Translations under genes and position numbers: made by a program
The notes under the pieces: generated by a model
Databases searched by the model: none
What the model was told of the DNA's origin: nothing
Seen by the model: the letters and a program-made list of their open reading frames with translations, nothing else
From: Oligoflexus sp.
Lineage (GTDB): Bacteria > Bdellovibrionota_B > Oligoflexia > Oligoflexales > Oligoflexaceae
Direction of reading: 5' to 3'
Length of the DNA: 51,246 nt
Assembly: GCA_041736305.1 (NCBI GenBank)
Contig: JBGSTX010000273.1
Location: forward strand, 1-51,246
Part shown: piece after piece, positions 9,322 to 20,130 of the stretch
Position numbering within the stretch: position 1 is the stretch's first letter
How the letters are laid out: every line of letters begins with the position of its first letter

Positions 9322-11616
9322 TTAAATACTGAGAGACGCGGCCGCGCTCTGCTGAAGCCGCAGGTGCGATAGCTCATGCCCATCGACCTGCAAGGCCGGT
9401 CCTGTATGCACAGAGCCGATTGGAACGAGTTCCAAAAGATCGGAAGCCACAAGTTCCTTCGACAGGTCTGTTCCAGGCTTCGCCTGGAGGATATATGTCG
9501 CGCTACACTCACCAAAGTAGGCCAGGCTCGCTTCTTCCAAGCTTAGGCCTTCAGCTAAGTGTGCACTCAAACCGAAATTTTCGAGATGGAGAACCATTTT
9601 TACCAAAGCAGTGAGGATACCACCAGCACCGACGTCGCGAGCTGCTAGAAGGTCACCTCTTTCGGCCTGTCGCTGGAGATAGGCAGCCGCTTCGCGTTCG
9701 CTTTGCCAATGAATAGCAGGAATGCCTTCAGTGCCGGCTTCCCCGAGCAGCACCTTCGATACTAAGGAAGCGCCTAAGCTATGAGTCTGCTTGCGTGGCC
9801 GCAAGAGATATAGGGGTCCAGGTTTCGTAGCAACAGCTGGCAGAGCATGGCGAACATCTTTGTGCTTGCCGACCATACCAATCATAGGAGTCGGTGCAAT
9901 GCTCACCTGATCTGTTTGATTATAAAGACTTACATTGCCGCTAACCACAGGAGTGTTGAGTTCGCGGCAAGCTTCCCCTATTCCATCGATGCTTGCCACG
10001 AATTGTCCCATCACAATTGGGTCTTCGGGATTTCCAAAATTCAGGCAATCAGTTACGGCGAGAGCTTCAGCCCCAGTAGCTGCAATGCTGCGATAGCAGT
10101 GCAAGACAGCATGGGCAGCACCGAGGGCAGGATTTTGGGCACAATAGCGCTCGTTGCAAGCTGTTGCGACGGCGAGACCCAGATAGGCTGCCTCGTTTGG
10201 CTCAGCCCATTCAGAGCGTAACCAAAGAAGGCCTGCACCCTGCTGTTCAGGGCCTAACACTGTTTTACTGCCGATGTGATGATCGTACTGCCGATAGATC
10301 CGCTGTTTATCCCCGTCTTCAAAGAGGACTGCAGCCAAGACTTCAATAGGAGGCATAGACTTTAGTAGATCGCGCAAGCGCCTATCTTCCTGCGGTGCAG
10401 GCTTAGGGAGTACATACGGACGTTCGTAGCGAGGGGCACTTTCAGCAAGTGGAGCAACGGGTACATCTACCTCTAAAATATTGTCTTTCACGATCTGCAT
10501 GCGGCCACTGTCTGTGACCAACCCAATAATGGCGAAAGGCAGCTCCCAACGCTTCAAACATGCCTGCAAGTCTGACCATTTGCTCGGCTCGACACACATG
10601 AGCATTCTCTCCTGGGACTCGGAAAGAAGCAGCTCGTAAGCACTCATATGAGCGGCTCGCGAAGGAACGTAATCGAGATTTAGATAGAGACCATTTCCTG
10701 CGCGGTCGGCCATCTCAAAAGATGAAGAGGTTAGGCCCGCTGCCCCCATATCCTGCAATCCGACGACCAACTCACGCTCCAAAACTTCAAGAGTCGCTTC
10801 CAGCAAGAGTTTCTCAGCAAATGGATCGCCGACCTGAACAGTTGAACGTTCCCCGCTGGCTTGAGTCGAAAAACTATCCGACGCCATAGAAGCTCCATGT
10901 ATTCCATCGCGTCCTGTCGCGGAACCTACATAGACCACTAGGTTGTGAAGTCCTGATGCGTAACCTTTGAATATGCGGTCTTCATGGATGAGGCCCACCG
11001 TCATGGCATTCACGAGGATATTGCCATCATAGGTCTTATCGAAGGAGACAGACCCCGCAACAGTTGGAATTCCTACACAATTCCCATAGTCTCCGACGCC
11101 TTTTACTACGTTAGCGAAGAGATAATGAGTCCTAGGGTGTTTCCTCTGGCCAAATCGAAGAGAGTTTAAATTCGCCACAGGTCGAGCACCCATGCAAAAG
11201 ACATCGCGCAGAATTCCACCTACACCGGTGGCTGCTCCCTGATAGGGCTCGATGTAGCTTGGGTGGTTATGGCTTTCCATTTTGAAGGCAGCACATAATT
11301 TACCTGAGAGTCTCACGACACCCGCATTTTCTCCTGGGCCGACGACGACCTGGGGACCTGTAGTAGGCAGCTTTCGCAGGTGAATCTTCGAAGACTTATA
11401 CGAGCAGTGCTCGCTCCACATCGCCGAAAAAACGCCCAGCTCAGCTAAGGTAGGGGCTCGTTCAACTATAGATCGAAGAGTTTTGTACTCGTCTTTGTTA
11501 ATCTTATGTTTTTTCAGCAAAGGCTGAAAGCTATCGGCTTCTTCTGCCAGAAAGCCTGCTCGTTTAAGCGTCTTGAGTTTCTCGTATTGCTGCAGCAGTT
11601 CTTTCTGCATCTTCAC
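9322..11616 (-). CDS. purL: Phosphoribosylformylglycinamidine synthase subunit PurL (small type)
   Basis: Motifs [52 protein letters not shown] and VSGNVSLYN. Start is GTG 11616 or ATG 11610. Confidence 0.97.
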   Translation of the reverse strand: MKMQKELLQQYEKLKTLKRAGFLAEEADSFQPLLKKHKINKDEYKTLRSIVERAPTLAELGVFSAMWSEHCSYKSSKIHLRKLPTTGPQVVVGPGENAGVVRLSGKLCAAFKMESHNHPSYIEPYQGAATGVGGILRDVFCMGARPVANLNSLRFGQRKHPRTHYLFANVVKGVGDYGNCVGIPTVAGSVSFDKTYDGNILVNAMTVGLIHEDRIFKGYASGLHNLVVYVGSATGRDGIHGASMASDSFSTQASGERSTVQVGDPFAEKLLLEATLEVLERELVVGLQDMGAAGLTSSSFEMADRAGNGLYLNLDYVPSRAAHMSAYELLLSESQERMLMCVEPSKWSDLQACLKRWELPFAIIGLVTDSGRMQIVKDNILEVDVPVAPLAESAPRYERPYVLPKPAPQEDRRLRDLLKSMPPIEVLAAVLFEDGDKQRIYRQYDHHIGSKTVLGPEQQGAGLLWLRSEWAEPNEAAYLGLAVATACNERYCAQNPALGAAHAVLHCYRSIAATGAEALAVTDCLNFGNPEDPIVMGQFVASIDGIGEACRELNTPVVSGNVSLYNQTDQVSIAPTPMIGMVGKHKDVRHALPAVATKPGPLYLLRPRKQTHSLGASLVSKVLLGEAGTEGIPAIHWQSEREAAAYLQRQAERGDLLAARDVGAGGILTALVKMVLHLENFGLSAHLAEGLSLEEASLAYFGECSATYILQAKPGTDLSKELVASDLLELVPIGSVHTGPALQVDGHELSHLRLQQSAAASLSI

Positions 11617-11632
11617 ACTCTCCCAAGCATAT

Positions 11633-11660
11633 AAAAACTAAAAAGGCCCTTGAGGGGCCT
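11633..11660 (-). terminator. Intrinsic terminator-like element between purQ and purL
   Basis: Minus strand reads AGGCCC-CTCAA-GGGCCT followed by TTTTAGTTTTT. Confidence 0.7.
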
Positions 11661-11675
11661 CGTGTGTTGTTAGAT

Positions 11676-12389
11676 TCACAGTACAGTCGCAAGGAAGGCT
11701 CCGAGTATCGCCCGGCCGTCCTCGCTGCCGAGGAGCGGGTCGGACGCTCGCTCGGGATGCGGCATCATGCCGAGGATGCGCCCGTTTTCGCTCAGGACAC
11801 CGGCGATCTGGGATTGCGATCCATTTGGATTAGCCGATTCGTTGGGGAGACCAGAATCATCTGCATACTGAAAAAGGATCTGCCCGCGGTCTTCCATCTT
11901 CTTCAGGGTATCTTGATCGATGTGATAGCGTCCCTCACCATGAGCAATCGGCACCCGATAAACCCGGCCCTGCAAGCGGCTGTGGTAGCCGCTGTTACCA
12001 GGAGCGACCGCAAGGTCGACGTTCTTGCAGACAAAATTTTGCTGCGCGTTCCGTAAGAGGATTCCCGGTAAAAGATGCGATTCGGTGAGTATTTGAAAGC
12101 CGTTACAGATACCGAGTATCGAACCACCTTTGCCGGCAAAGGCTTTGATAGCTGGCATGATCTTGCTGCAGCTTGCTAGGGCTCCGCCTCGCAAATAATC
12201 GCCGTAGCTAAATCCCCCAGGAAGGATGAGGCCATCGATGGGAGGAAGAGCTTCTTCTTGATGCCAGAGCAAAAGTAACTCAATGCCGAAGAGTCTCTTG
12301 AAGGCGTCTATGCAGTCGGCATCACAATTAGACCCTGGGAACTGGACTAGTCCAATGCGAGGGCTTCCGACAGAGCTGATGCGATCCAT
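11676..12389 (-). CDS. purQ: FGAM synthase glutaminase subunit PurQ
   Basis: Motifs FPGSNCD, LPGGFSYGDYLR, GICNGFQIL, PIAHGEG, NPNGS and GMMPHPER. Confidence 0.97.
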   Translation of the reverse strand: MDRISSVGSPRIGLVQFPGSNCDADCIDAFKRLFGIELLLLWHQEEALPPIDGLILPGGFSYGDYLRGGALASCSKIMPAIKAFAGKGGSILGICNGFQILTESHLLPGILLRNAQQNFVCKNVDLAVAPGNSGYHSRLQGRVYRVPIAHGEGRYHIDQDTLKKMEDRGQILFQYADDSGLPNESANPNGSQSQIAGVLSENGRILGMMPHPERASDPLLGSEDGRAILGAFLATVL

Positions 12390-12392
12390 AAC

Positions 12393-12632
12393 TCACAGCC
12401 TTCTAAACGTGAAGGTTTCCGCAACCGGGTTCGCGAGATGAGCACTTGCAACAGTCTTCACGAGCGCACTGGCCAGGGCCTCGTCCTCACCGGCGATATC
12501 GAGCACGAATCGCTTCGAAACTTTGACAGCAGATAGAGGCTCATGGCCCAATCGCTGCAAGGTCTGCTGGATCGCCCGGCCTTGTGTATCTAGAACTTCT
12601 TCTTTGAGTTCAACGACGACTTCGAATTTCAT
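12393..12632 (-). CDS. purS: FGAM synthase subunit PurS
   Basis: 79 aa with LK..VLDTQG.AI...L..LG and LANPV.E. Adjacent to purQ. Confidence 0.93.
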   Translation of the reverse strand: MKFEVVVELKEEVLDTQGRAIQQTLQRLGHEPLSAVKVSKRFVLDIAGEDEALASALVKTVASAHLANPVAETFTFRRL

Positions 12633-13393
12633 TCCTTGGCTTCCGCTTCTTGATAACTCAAACTAGCCCCGAGATAATCTCTGTACATTTGAGCAATGAA
12701 TTGGACGCTGATCTGCTTGGGGCACGCAGCTTCACACTCGAACTGATTTGTACAGCTGCCGAAGCCCTCTGCATCCATCTGCTTAACCATGTTTAAAACA
12801 CGGCGTTTTCGTTCTGGTTGACCTTGGGGTAAATGAGCCAAATGTGAAACTTTCGCGGCGACAAATAACATTGCTGAAGCGTTCTTGCAAGAGGCAACGC
12901 AGGCTCCACAAGATATGCATTCTGCCGCATCCATAGCGTAGTCGGCCTGCACTTTTGAGATAGGTACCGCGTTAGCATCCTGAACACCGCCGGTGTTAAC
13001 GGATACAAACCCTCCTGCTGCCACAATACGATCGAAAGGTCCTCGATCGACTACCAAGTCTTTGATCACAGGAAAAGCCTTGGCACGCCAAGGTTCTACG
13101 TAAACGTTGTCGCCACTCTTGAAATGACGCATATGCAGCTGGCAGGTTGTAGTGCCTTTTTGGCCGCCATGGGTTTTACCGTTGATCACCATGGAGCACG
13201 AACCACAGATGCCTTCTCGGCAGTCGTGGTCGAAAGAAATCGGGTCTTCGTTACCTTTAATGAGGTCTTCGTTGACCTGATCCAGCATTTCTAGAAACGA
13301 ACAATCGGGCGAAATGTTCTTCGCCTGATACTGCACCATCTTACCCTTGTCGCTGGCATTCTTTTGCCGCCAAACATGGAGAGTTAAATCCAT
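12629..13393 (-). CDS. sdhB: Succinate dehydrogenase/fumarate reductase iron-sulfur subunit
   Basis: CREGICGSC (2Fe-2S), [11 protein letters not shown] (4Fe-4S) and [12 protein letters not shown] (3Fe-4S). Confidence 0.96.
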   Translation of the reverse strand: MDLTLHVWRQKNASDKGKMVQYQAKNISPDCSFLEMLDQVNEDLIKGNEDPISFDHDCREGICGSCSMVINGKTHGGQKGTTTCQLHMRHFKSGDNVYVEPWRAKAFPVIKDLVVDRGPFDRIVAAGGFVSVNTGGVQDANAVPISKVQADYAMDAAECISCGACVASCKNASAMLFVAAKVSHLAHLPQGQPERKRRVLNMVKQMDAEGFGSCTNQFECEAACPKQISVQFIAQMYRDYLGASLSYQEAEAKE

Positions 13394-15306
13394 TATTTGT
13401 AGCTCCTCGTCGCTAGCTTGATGTTTTCATATTCCAAGGGCTCAACGTGCCTTTTAGGGGCCTGTCCCTGTCCTGTATATTCCCAAACAGCTGCATGAAG
13501 AAAGCGTTCGTCATCCCGCAGCGCTTCACCCTCTTCAGTTTGGTATTCCTCCCTGAAATGGCCGCCACAGGATTCTTCTCGGCTCAAGGCATCGCGGCAC
13601 ATGAGGTGCGCGTGCTCGATGAAGTCTGCGACTCGACCTGCGTTCTCGAGAGCCGAGTTGAGGTTATCATGGGTTCCGGTTACTTTAAGATTGCTCCAGA
13701 ATTCCTGTCTAATCGCATCAATCTCGACCAATGCTTCTTCGAGACCTTTTTTAGTACGGGCCATGCCGCACTTTTCCCACATGACCTTACCCAACTGCTT
13801 ATGGAAAGAATCCGGCGTTCGTTTGCCATTGATAGACAGGAGTTTCTTGATAAGCGCCGAGACTTCAGTTTCAACCTGCTTCACTTCAGCCTGCTCAGCA
13901 CTCACGTTTTCGAACTTAGTTTTGGCAAAGTAATCGCCGATAGTGGCAGGAAGAACAAAGTAACCGTCTGCCAATCCTTGCATAAGTGCACTTGCACCGA
14001 GACGGTTGGCGCCATGGTCAGAGAAGTTCGCCTCTCCCAGCACGTAAAGCCCTGGTATGTTGCTCATGAGGTTGTAATCAACCCAGAGCCCGCCCATTGT
14101 ATAGTGAACGGCTGGATAAATGCGCATAGGAACCTTATAAGGGTCCTCCGCGGTAATCTTCTCATACATCTGAAAGAGATTACCATATCTAGCAGCAATC
14201 GTTGGCTGTCCAAAAGTTTTTATAGCATCACGAAAATCGAGGTAAACACCTTTGCCGCTGGGCCCAACGCCCCGACCGGCATCACAGACTTCTTTCGCAG
14301 CTCGGGAGGAAATATCACGGGGCGATAGATTGCCGAAGCTCGGATACTTTCTCTCGAGGAAGTAGTCGCGCTCCGATTCTGGGATTTCGTTGGGTGCACG
14401 CGTTTCCCCGGGCTTTTGGGAAACCCATACGCGCCCATCGTTGCGTAAAGATTCAGACATGAGCGTAAGCTTAGATTGGTAATCGCCAGACACAGGAATA
14501 CAAGTGGGGTGAATTTGGGTGAAACATGGATTCGCAAAACCAGCGCCGCGTTTCCAAGCTCGATGAGTCGCGGTTACGTTACAACCTTTTGCGTTAGTTG
14601 AAAGATAGAAAACGTTTCCATATCCACCGGTCGCCAGGACAACTGCCTCGGCGAGGTGGGTCGTGATCTGTCCTGTAACCAAGTCACGGACGACGATGCC
14701 CCGCGCCTGACCCTTGACCAAGACAAGATCCAGCATTTCAGTCCTTGGATACATTTTAACGTGTCCGAGTCCGATCTGCCGCTCGAGAGCTTGGTAGGCT
14801 CCGATCAGGAGCTGCTGACCCGTCTGCCCCCTTGCATAAAACGTACGAGACACCTGGGCTCCCCCAAAGGAGCGATTATCCAGGAGGCCGCCGTATTCAC
14901 GGGCAAACGGTACACCCTGCGCTACGCACTGATCAATAATTTGTACACTGACTTGAGCCAAGCGATAGACGTTGGCTTCGCGTGAGCGAAAGTCACCGCC
15001 TTTGATCGTGTCATAGAAAAGCCGATACACGCTGTCGCCGTCGTTCTTGTAGTTCTTCGCAGCGTTGATACCACCTTGGGCAGCTATACTGTGAGCCCGG
15101 CGGGGACTATCCTGAAAGCAAAAACATGAAACGTGATAGCCCTGTTCACCAAGGGTGGCTGCGGCGGATGCGCCGGCAAGACCCGATCCCACGACTATGA
15201 CCCGGAATTTCCGGCGGTTTGCGGGGTTCACAAGCTTCATATCAAAGCGGTGCTTATCCCACTTGTCGGCGAGAGGACCGCTCGGAATTTTGGCATCTAA
15301 TTGCAT
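13393..15306 (-). CDS. sdhA: Succinate dehydrogenase/fumarate reductase flavoprotein subunit
   Basis: Motifs [20 protein letters not shown] (covalent FAD His), QIHPT, HYTMGG, HGANRLG and [10 protein letters not shown]. Confidence 0.97.
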   Translation of the reverse strand: MQLDAKIPSGPLADKWDKHRFDMKLVNPANRRKFRVIVVGSGLAGASAAATLGEQGYHVSCFCFQDSPRRAHSIAAQGGINAAKNYKNDGDSVYRLFYDTIKGGDFRSREANVYRLAQVSVQIIDQCVAQGVPFAREYGGLLDNRSFGGAQVSRTFYARGQTGQQLLIGAYQALERQIGLGHVKMYPRTEMLDLVLVKGQARGIVVRDLVTGQITTHLAEAVVLATGGYGNVFYLSTNAKGCNVTATHRAWKRGAGFANPCFTQIHPTCIPVSGDYQSKLTLMSESLRNDGRVWVSQKPGETRAPNEIPESERDYFLERKYPSFGNLSPRDISSRAAKEVCDAGRGVGPSGKGVYLDFRDAIKTFGQPTIAARYGNLFQMYEKITAEDPYKVPMRIYPAVHYTMGGLWVDYNLMSNIPGLYVLGEANFSDHGANRLGASALMQGLADGYFVLPATIGDYFAKTKFENVSAEQAEVKQVETEVSALIKKLLSINGKRTPDSFHKQLGKVMWEKCGMARTKKGLEEALVEIDAIRQEFWSNLKVTGTHDNLNSALENAGRVADFIEHAHLMCRDALSREESCGGHFREEYQTEEGEALRDDERFLHAAVWEYTGQGQAPKRHVEPLEYENIKLATRSYK

Positions 15307-15351
15307 AGGGAACTCCTCATGAGCGCTAAGAAAGCCACGGCGTGGACATTG

Positions 15352-16029
15352 CTATTTGATAAAACCGACAAGTACAGCCAGAGGTATTGAAGCTCCCGCT
15401 AGTACAACAACCCACCCGATCACTGGAAAACCCTTGCGTAGCAGAGGGTTATATTTGCTGTGGTTCAAACCAAGGGACTGTGTGAAGCTCGACAGACCGT
15501 GTTGCAAGTGGAAACCTAGCACCAGCATAGCTGCAATATAAAGCATCGAGATGAGAGGCTGCTGAAAACCCTGGACTACCATTGTATAAACATCGTCGAG
15601 ACCAGCCGGATCAACTAGCTCACCACTGTAATTTACTATGCGAAACGTATAGTGAGCCAAGTGATAAAGCAGAAAGAGCAAGACTATAGTTCCGGTCATA
15701 GGCATTGTACGCGACGCAAAACTGGCCTTAAGATAAGCCTTATTATGGTAGGCTACGGGTCGCGCTGCCTTGTTTTTCAAAGTCAGGTAATAGGCCATGA
15801 AAATGTGAAGACCGAAGACAACAATGAGGCCTATCCGAGCCACCCACAGTAGACCGTAAGGCAAGTTCCGCAAGCCTACTGCGTATTCATTCATCGCTGA
15901 TTGTCCAACGTAAAGCAGGAGATTTCCTGCCACGTGGCCTATCAGAAAGACGAAGAGGCCAAGGCCTGTGATGGCCATCACGTATTTAGCGCCGAGTGAA
16001 GACTTCATCAGACGAACGATCCAACTCAT
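15352..16029 (-). CDS. sdhC: Succinate dehydrogenase cytochrome b558 subunit (single 5-TM anchor)
   Basis: K.VMAITGL...FLIGH..GNL, several TM segments with His ligands (HIF, HLAH, HLQHG), directly upstream of sdhA. Confidence 0.92.
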   Translation of the reverse strand: MSWIVRLMKSSLGAKYVMAITGLGLFVFLIGHVAGNLLLYVGQSAMNEYAVGLRNLPYGLLWVARIGLIVVFGLHIFMAYYLTLKNKAARPVAYHNKAYLKASFASRTMPMTGTIVLLFLLYHLAHYTFRIVNYSGELVDPAGLDDVYTMVVQGFQQPLISMLYIAAMLVLGFHLQHGLSSFTQSLGLNHSKYNPLLRKGFPVIGWVVVLAGASIPLAVLVGFIK

Positions 16030-16151
16030 AGTTTCTCCGAGGAATAGACTGAAGCAGCTCCAGGTTCAAGCCGCATGATGAAATAACAAAACCAGCGGTT
16101 TTTCTAGCAATATTTTCTGCGACGAACCTGCTGGGATCGACCCGCTATTCA

Positions 16152-18731
16152 TCAGTTGAACGGACCTACTTGAATGCTGACGTGTGGCTGCTCCGAGATA
16201 AGGCGACGCGCGACTTTCTGAACAGCCTCAGGAGAGACCGCCGCCAACCTTTGTGCATAGGTTTCAAAATCATCAAAGCCAAGCCCATACAGCTCCATTA
16301 AAGCCATCGTCATGCATTGAGCGTCACCTCTCTGCATGTCCGATTCATGACTGCCTATTACATAATTACGAGCTCGTTCTATCTCATACTTATCCAAGCC
16401 CTTGCTGCAAATTCCTTCCCATACTTGACTTATGCCCTTGCGGGCATCCTCTAACTTATGGGGACTGCAGCCCATATACACTCCAAATAGACCCTTATGA
16501 CAGCCATATGAGTGAAGAGGAGCTACCGAGTAGGCCAGGCTTTGCTCGTCCCGAAGCTTGAGGAAGAGCTGACCCCCACTACCGCCGAGAGCATTTGAGA
16601 GAATATCGAGAGCATAGCGATCTGGATCGTTCCACGCTAAACCGAGTGTTCCTATTACCAAATGAACCTGTTCTTTATCTTTTTTGAACTGCTGTTCTGA
16701 GGCTTTTAACATGGTCGGCAATGCAGCATTGGTTAGCTGGGGCCGCGCGATGGACCGCTTGAGATGGCCAGCCAGTAGATGCTGCAACTCCTCCATGACG
16801 GCTTCGAAAGGTTGGGGACCGACGCCGCTGATCACCCAGTGCGAGTTATCGCGCATCTGCTCGTAGTGCCGCAACAGACCTGCTGCACTCAGGTCCCGTA
16901 CAACTTCTTCCAAGCCCCAGACAGGAAAGCGGTAGGGATGATCACCGTAAACAGCCTGCTGAAAGGCTCGCATCGCAATTGATGCAGGGGCATCTTGCTC
17001 CATCTGAATGTCGTCGAACACTTCAAGCTTGGCGCTTTGGAGCTGCTCCTCTGGAAAACGAGGCTCTAGGAAAGTCTCGGCGAAGAGGGGGAGAAGAGAT
17101 TTGGTCTGTTCGCTAAGACACTGGAGTTTAATTCCGAAGCTATCTTTTCCGGAAAAACCAGCTAGTACAGCGCCCTGGCCTTCGACTTTTAGCAGCATCG
17201 CTTCATAGTCGTAGCGCTTGGTGCCCGAACCCAAAACGTCCGCCAGTACATGATGGAGTCCCGCGGTAGCACTCGTTTCAGCTCGCAATCCACCCGAGGT
17301 TACTGCTGTAAGATTGAAAAGGTCGTTATGCTTTTGCTGTTTATAGAGAAAAGTAATCTGAGGACTTAATGCTTCGACGAAAACCCCGGATTTTTGGGTC
17401 GAGGATTTCGCTTTTTTGGTGGAGAGTCCCAGTGGCTTCTGGAAGCCTTTCTTGAAAGCCTGGCCCACCATTTCAGCGGTCACCTGACCTTGGTTGGCTT
17501 TTGGCAAAACACAGGCTAAGACGCAGCCGTCCTCTCGCAGCCAACGCCCTACCGCTTGCGCGACTTCATGAGGCGTAATCCGATTCATTTTAGCTTCGAC
17601 GATCAGATCGTTCATCAATTCGTAAGGTGTATGCAGCGCGTGCCCCAAAGCCTGGGCCTGACCTGAAACCGTTTCTTCGCTATAGACCCGATCGGCTTTA
17701 GCGTTAGCCCGGGCTCTATCGAGTTCTTCACTTGTCACAGGCTCTTCGTACTTGAGCCGCGCGAGCTCACGGCCAATGGATTCGGCGCAAGCGAGATAGT
17801 TTTCAATCTGAGGCATCGCGCTCAATTCAAACAGCCCACCGAAACGGGGTGCATAGATAGAACAGCCCACCGCGCTGGTGAGCTGCTGCTCATCGCGAAC
17901 TCGCCGATTGAGCCGCGAAGACTCGCCGCTTCCCAAAGCAAAAGCTGCTAGGTCGAGCGGTAAAACATCTTCGTGCAAGAGCCCAGGCGAAGCGAAAGCT
18001 ATCTCAAGGCGCGGCTGCTCATAGTCGCCCGCGATCACGTGGACCTGGACACCTTTGATTTCTTCTTGCTTGAGTACCACTTCGCTATTGACCACGGGAC
18101 CGGCTGCAGTACCGAAGGTTTCTTCGATCTGCTGCCATAGTTCATTCGGCTGCACATCGCCGACGGCTATGAGTTTCATATTGCTGGGTTGGTACCATTT
18201 ACGGTGAAAGCCCAAGAGCGTCTCGCGACTAAAGCTCTTCACTGTTTCTTCGTAGCCGATGATCGGCAAAGCTGCGCGGGTACCCTTGTAGATGTTTTCA
18301 AAGATGCAACGACCTAAGGCATGGCCAGGACTGTCCTGATTCCGCTTCATTTCCTCGAGTATAACTTCTTTTTCTCGCTCCAGCTCTTCGCTATCGAAGG
18401 TACTGTAGAAAATGGCCTCATTAAGTATTTCTACAGCTTCTTTTGCATAACGGGCGGGCAAAGTCAGATAAAAAACTGTGCTTTCAAAACTGGTGTAGGC
18501 GTTCATCTCACCGCCTAGAAATTCGACCTTGCGGGACAATTCACCGACCGCGTAGCTTCGCGTTCCCTTGAAGAGCATGTGTTCGATGCAGTGGCTAATG
18601 CCCTGTTCCTGCGGTTCTTCATGCAGCGAACCGACATCGATCCAACACTGTAGCGCAAACATTTTCGAGAAATGGTTTTCTTGGATGACAACGTCGAGGC
18701 CATTAGTTAAGCGTTTGCGTAGCACCGACAT
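16152..18731 (-). CDS. M16 (insulinase/pitrilysin family) zinc peptidase, duplicated two-unit form
   Basis: HxxEH motif (HCIEHMLFKGT) and NAYTS. The second half is a degenerate repeat (HPY, LRDEQSLAYSV). No signal peptide. Confidence 0.93.
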   Translation of the reverse strand: MSVLRKRLTNGLDVVIQENHFSKMFALQCWIDVGSLHEEPQEQGISHCIEHMLFKGTRSYAVGELSRKVEFLGGEMNAYTSFESTVFYLTLPARYAKEAVEILNEAIFYSTFDSEELEREKEVILEEMKRNQDSPGHALGRCIFENIYKGTRAALPIIGYEETVKSFSRETLLGFHRKWYQPSNMKLIAVGDVQPNELWQQIEETFGTAAGPVVNSEVVLKQEEIKGVQVHVIAGDYEQPRLEIAFASPGLLHEDVLPLDLAAFALGSGESSRLNRRVRDEQQLTSAVGCSIYAPRFGGLFELSAMPQIENYLACAESIGRELARLKYEEPVTSEELDRARANAKADRVYSEETVSGQAQALGHALHTPYELMNDLIVEAKMNRITPHEVAQAVGRWLREDGCVLACVLPKANQGQVTAEMVGQAFKKGFQKPLGLSTKKAKSSTQKSGVFVEALSPQITFLYKQQKHNDLFNLTAVTSGGLRAETSATAGLHHVLADVLGSGTKRYDYEAMLLKVEGQGAVLAGFSGKDSFGIKLQCLSEQTKSLLPLFAETFLEPRFPEEQLQSAKLEVFDDIQMEQDAPASIAMRAFQQAVYGDHPYRFPVWGLEEVVRDLSAAGLLRHYEQMRDNSHWVISGVGPQPFEAVMEELQHLLAGHLKRSIARPQLTNAALPTMLKASEQQFKKDKEQVHLVIGTLGLAWNDPDRYALDILSNALGGSGGQLFLKLRDEQSLAYSVAPLHSYGCHKGLFGVYMGCSPHKLEDARKGISQVWEGICSKGLDKYEIERARNYVIGSHESDMQRGDAQCMTMALMELYGLGFDDFETYAQRLAAVSPEAVQKVARRLISEQPHVSIQVGPFN

Positions 18732-18732
18732 T

Positions 18733-19725
18733 TCACATCCTCATCGTCACAGTTAGTTGCAGGGAACTCTGCAGCTCGTCCTGAGCCGGAAAGTTTTTGC
18801 TAAGCGCATAGGCGAAAGAAAAAGACTTTTGAAACACTCCGATTCCCCCACTTGCCGAGGTCCTCTCTGGACCCTGAACAGTATGGCCATAAGCGGCGAA
18901 AATTTTCATCATATTGAAAGTCTTTGCTTGAATACCGACATACCCCATACGCTCTGGTTTTTCATAATAGCTGCCGAGGTCTTGGACAAGACTTAGGTCC
19001 TCAGGTGTTCGCGGCAATTCTAAAGGAAAGGATCGATCCCGTTGGGCGAGGTCTCCACTGACAATTATTGTCCCGCTTCGATCGGCCCACGATAAGCCAG
19101 CCCTGTAAGTAGTCGGAGCCACGTTCCGGATACGGCGATTATTGAAGTTTTGAACAGAAGCTCCAAAACGGACGGACTCCGTGACAAAAGCCACAAGTCC
19201 TGCGCCGAGCGCGATTCCTTTCAGCTCACGGACTTGGCTCGGGTCAGACGCCGGATCCTGAGACTCGACATAATGAAGCGCGAGCCCGAGACTGAATACC
19301 TGAGAAGGAATCGCAAGCGCGACTGATACGCGTTTTTGAACGGGAGAATCGAGCTCACTGTCTGCCGTACGAGCCTTAGGCGCATCTTGAAAGCCGGTGT
19401 ACTCGAATCCCGCAACCATTTGCGAAGTGACCCCATCGATCACTCCTGCTTTGTAGAAAGGCCGTCCTGTTGAGGGCCAATAGTAGCCCCCGCCAATATC
19501 ATAGCTTCTCTGCTGATAAAGCATAGCTGGATTGAGACGAATGGCTCCCAGGTCACTAAGAGCGGCAGTACCGCTGTGTCCTAGAGCAGTTCCTTGTCCA
19601 CCAACGGCCGCTATTTCATCGGGAAGACGTAGCTGAGGTTCTGCTTTAGCGAAGGATGCGCTCTGCGACCACAAAGCCATCAGGACGAGAATTCGAAACG
19701 CTGAGCGTGGAGGTAGCCTACCCAT
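18733..19725 (-). CDS. Hypothetical exported protein, putative outer-membrane beta-barrel (FadL/PorV-like N-terminal motif)
   Basis: Signal peptide ending AKA-E, an ALG..GTA.......NPA.L motif, alternating hydrophobic strands, and a terminal strand SSLQLTVTMRM. Confidence 0.6.
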   Translation of the reverse strand: MGRLPPRSAFRILVLMALWSQSASFAKAEPQLRLPDEIAAVGGQGTALGHSGTAALSDLGAIRLNPAMLYQQRSYDIGGGYYWPSTGRPFYKAGVIDGVTSQMVAGFEYTGFQDAPKARTADSELDSPVQKRVSVALAIPSQVFSLGLALHYVESQDPASDPSQVRELKGIALGAGLVAFVTESVRFGASVQNFNNRRIRNVAPTTYRAGLSWADRSGTIIVSGDLAQRDRSFPLELPRTPEDLSLVQDLGSYYEKPERMGYVGIQAKTFNMMKIFAAYGHTVQGPERTSASGGIGVFQKSFSFAYALSKNFPAQDELQSSLQLTVTMRM

Positions 19726-19765
19726 TCCGAGTTCCCCTTAAGATCAAAATCTCTTCAAACTCAAG

Positions 19766-20107
19766 CTAGGTTTTGTCTTTTACTTTTTCTAGCTTGGCCT
19801 TCGGAGAAGCATTGATATGGCTTTTTTGTACCTTGAGAAAGGTATTTGCGCCAGCCTCTAGGGTGACGAAAGAGTCCGCGACACTTTTTATACGACCAAG
19901 TATCCCGCCAGTCGTAACAACTTCATCACCGATTTTTAGGTTGGATAAGAGAGTTTGCTGCTCTTTATGACGCTTCTGCTGAGGACGTATCACCAGAAAG
20001 TACATAATGACCAGGAAGGCAAGGGGCATAACCAAAATTTCTAGCATACTCGGTTGGGCGGCCTGTGCCCCTTGTGCATAGGCGACGTCGGTTAGAAACC
20101 AGTTCAT
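19766..20107 (-). CDS. yajC: Preprotein translocase subunit YajC
   Basis: MYFLVIRPQQKR.K......L..GDEVVTTGGILG.I. Confidence 0.96.
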   Translation of the reverse strand: MNWFLTDVAYAQGAQAAQPSMLEILVMPLAFLVIMYFLVIRPQQKRHKEQQTLLSNLKIGDEVVTTGGILGRIKSVADSFVTLEAGANTFLKVQKSHINASPKAKLEKVKDKT

Positions 20108-20130
20108 TCGCGACCCTTTACTAGGTGACT

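Noticed and set aside
9309-9515. 69-aa N-terminal extension of PurF given in the ORF track
   Set aside because: Overlaps purL. The catalytic Cys and SD place the start at 9308.
13447-14328. 293-aa ORF antisense to sdhA
   Set aside because: Shadow ORF on the reverse strand of a conserved, codon-biased gene, with no recognisable motif.
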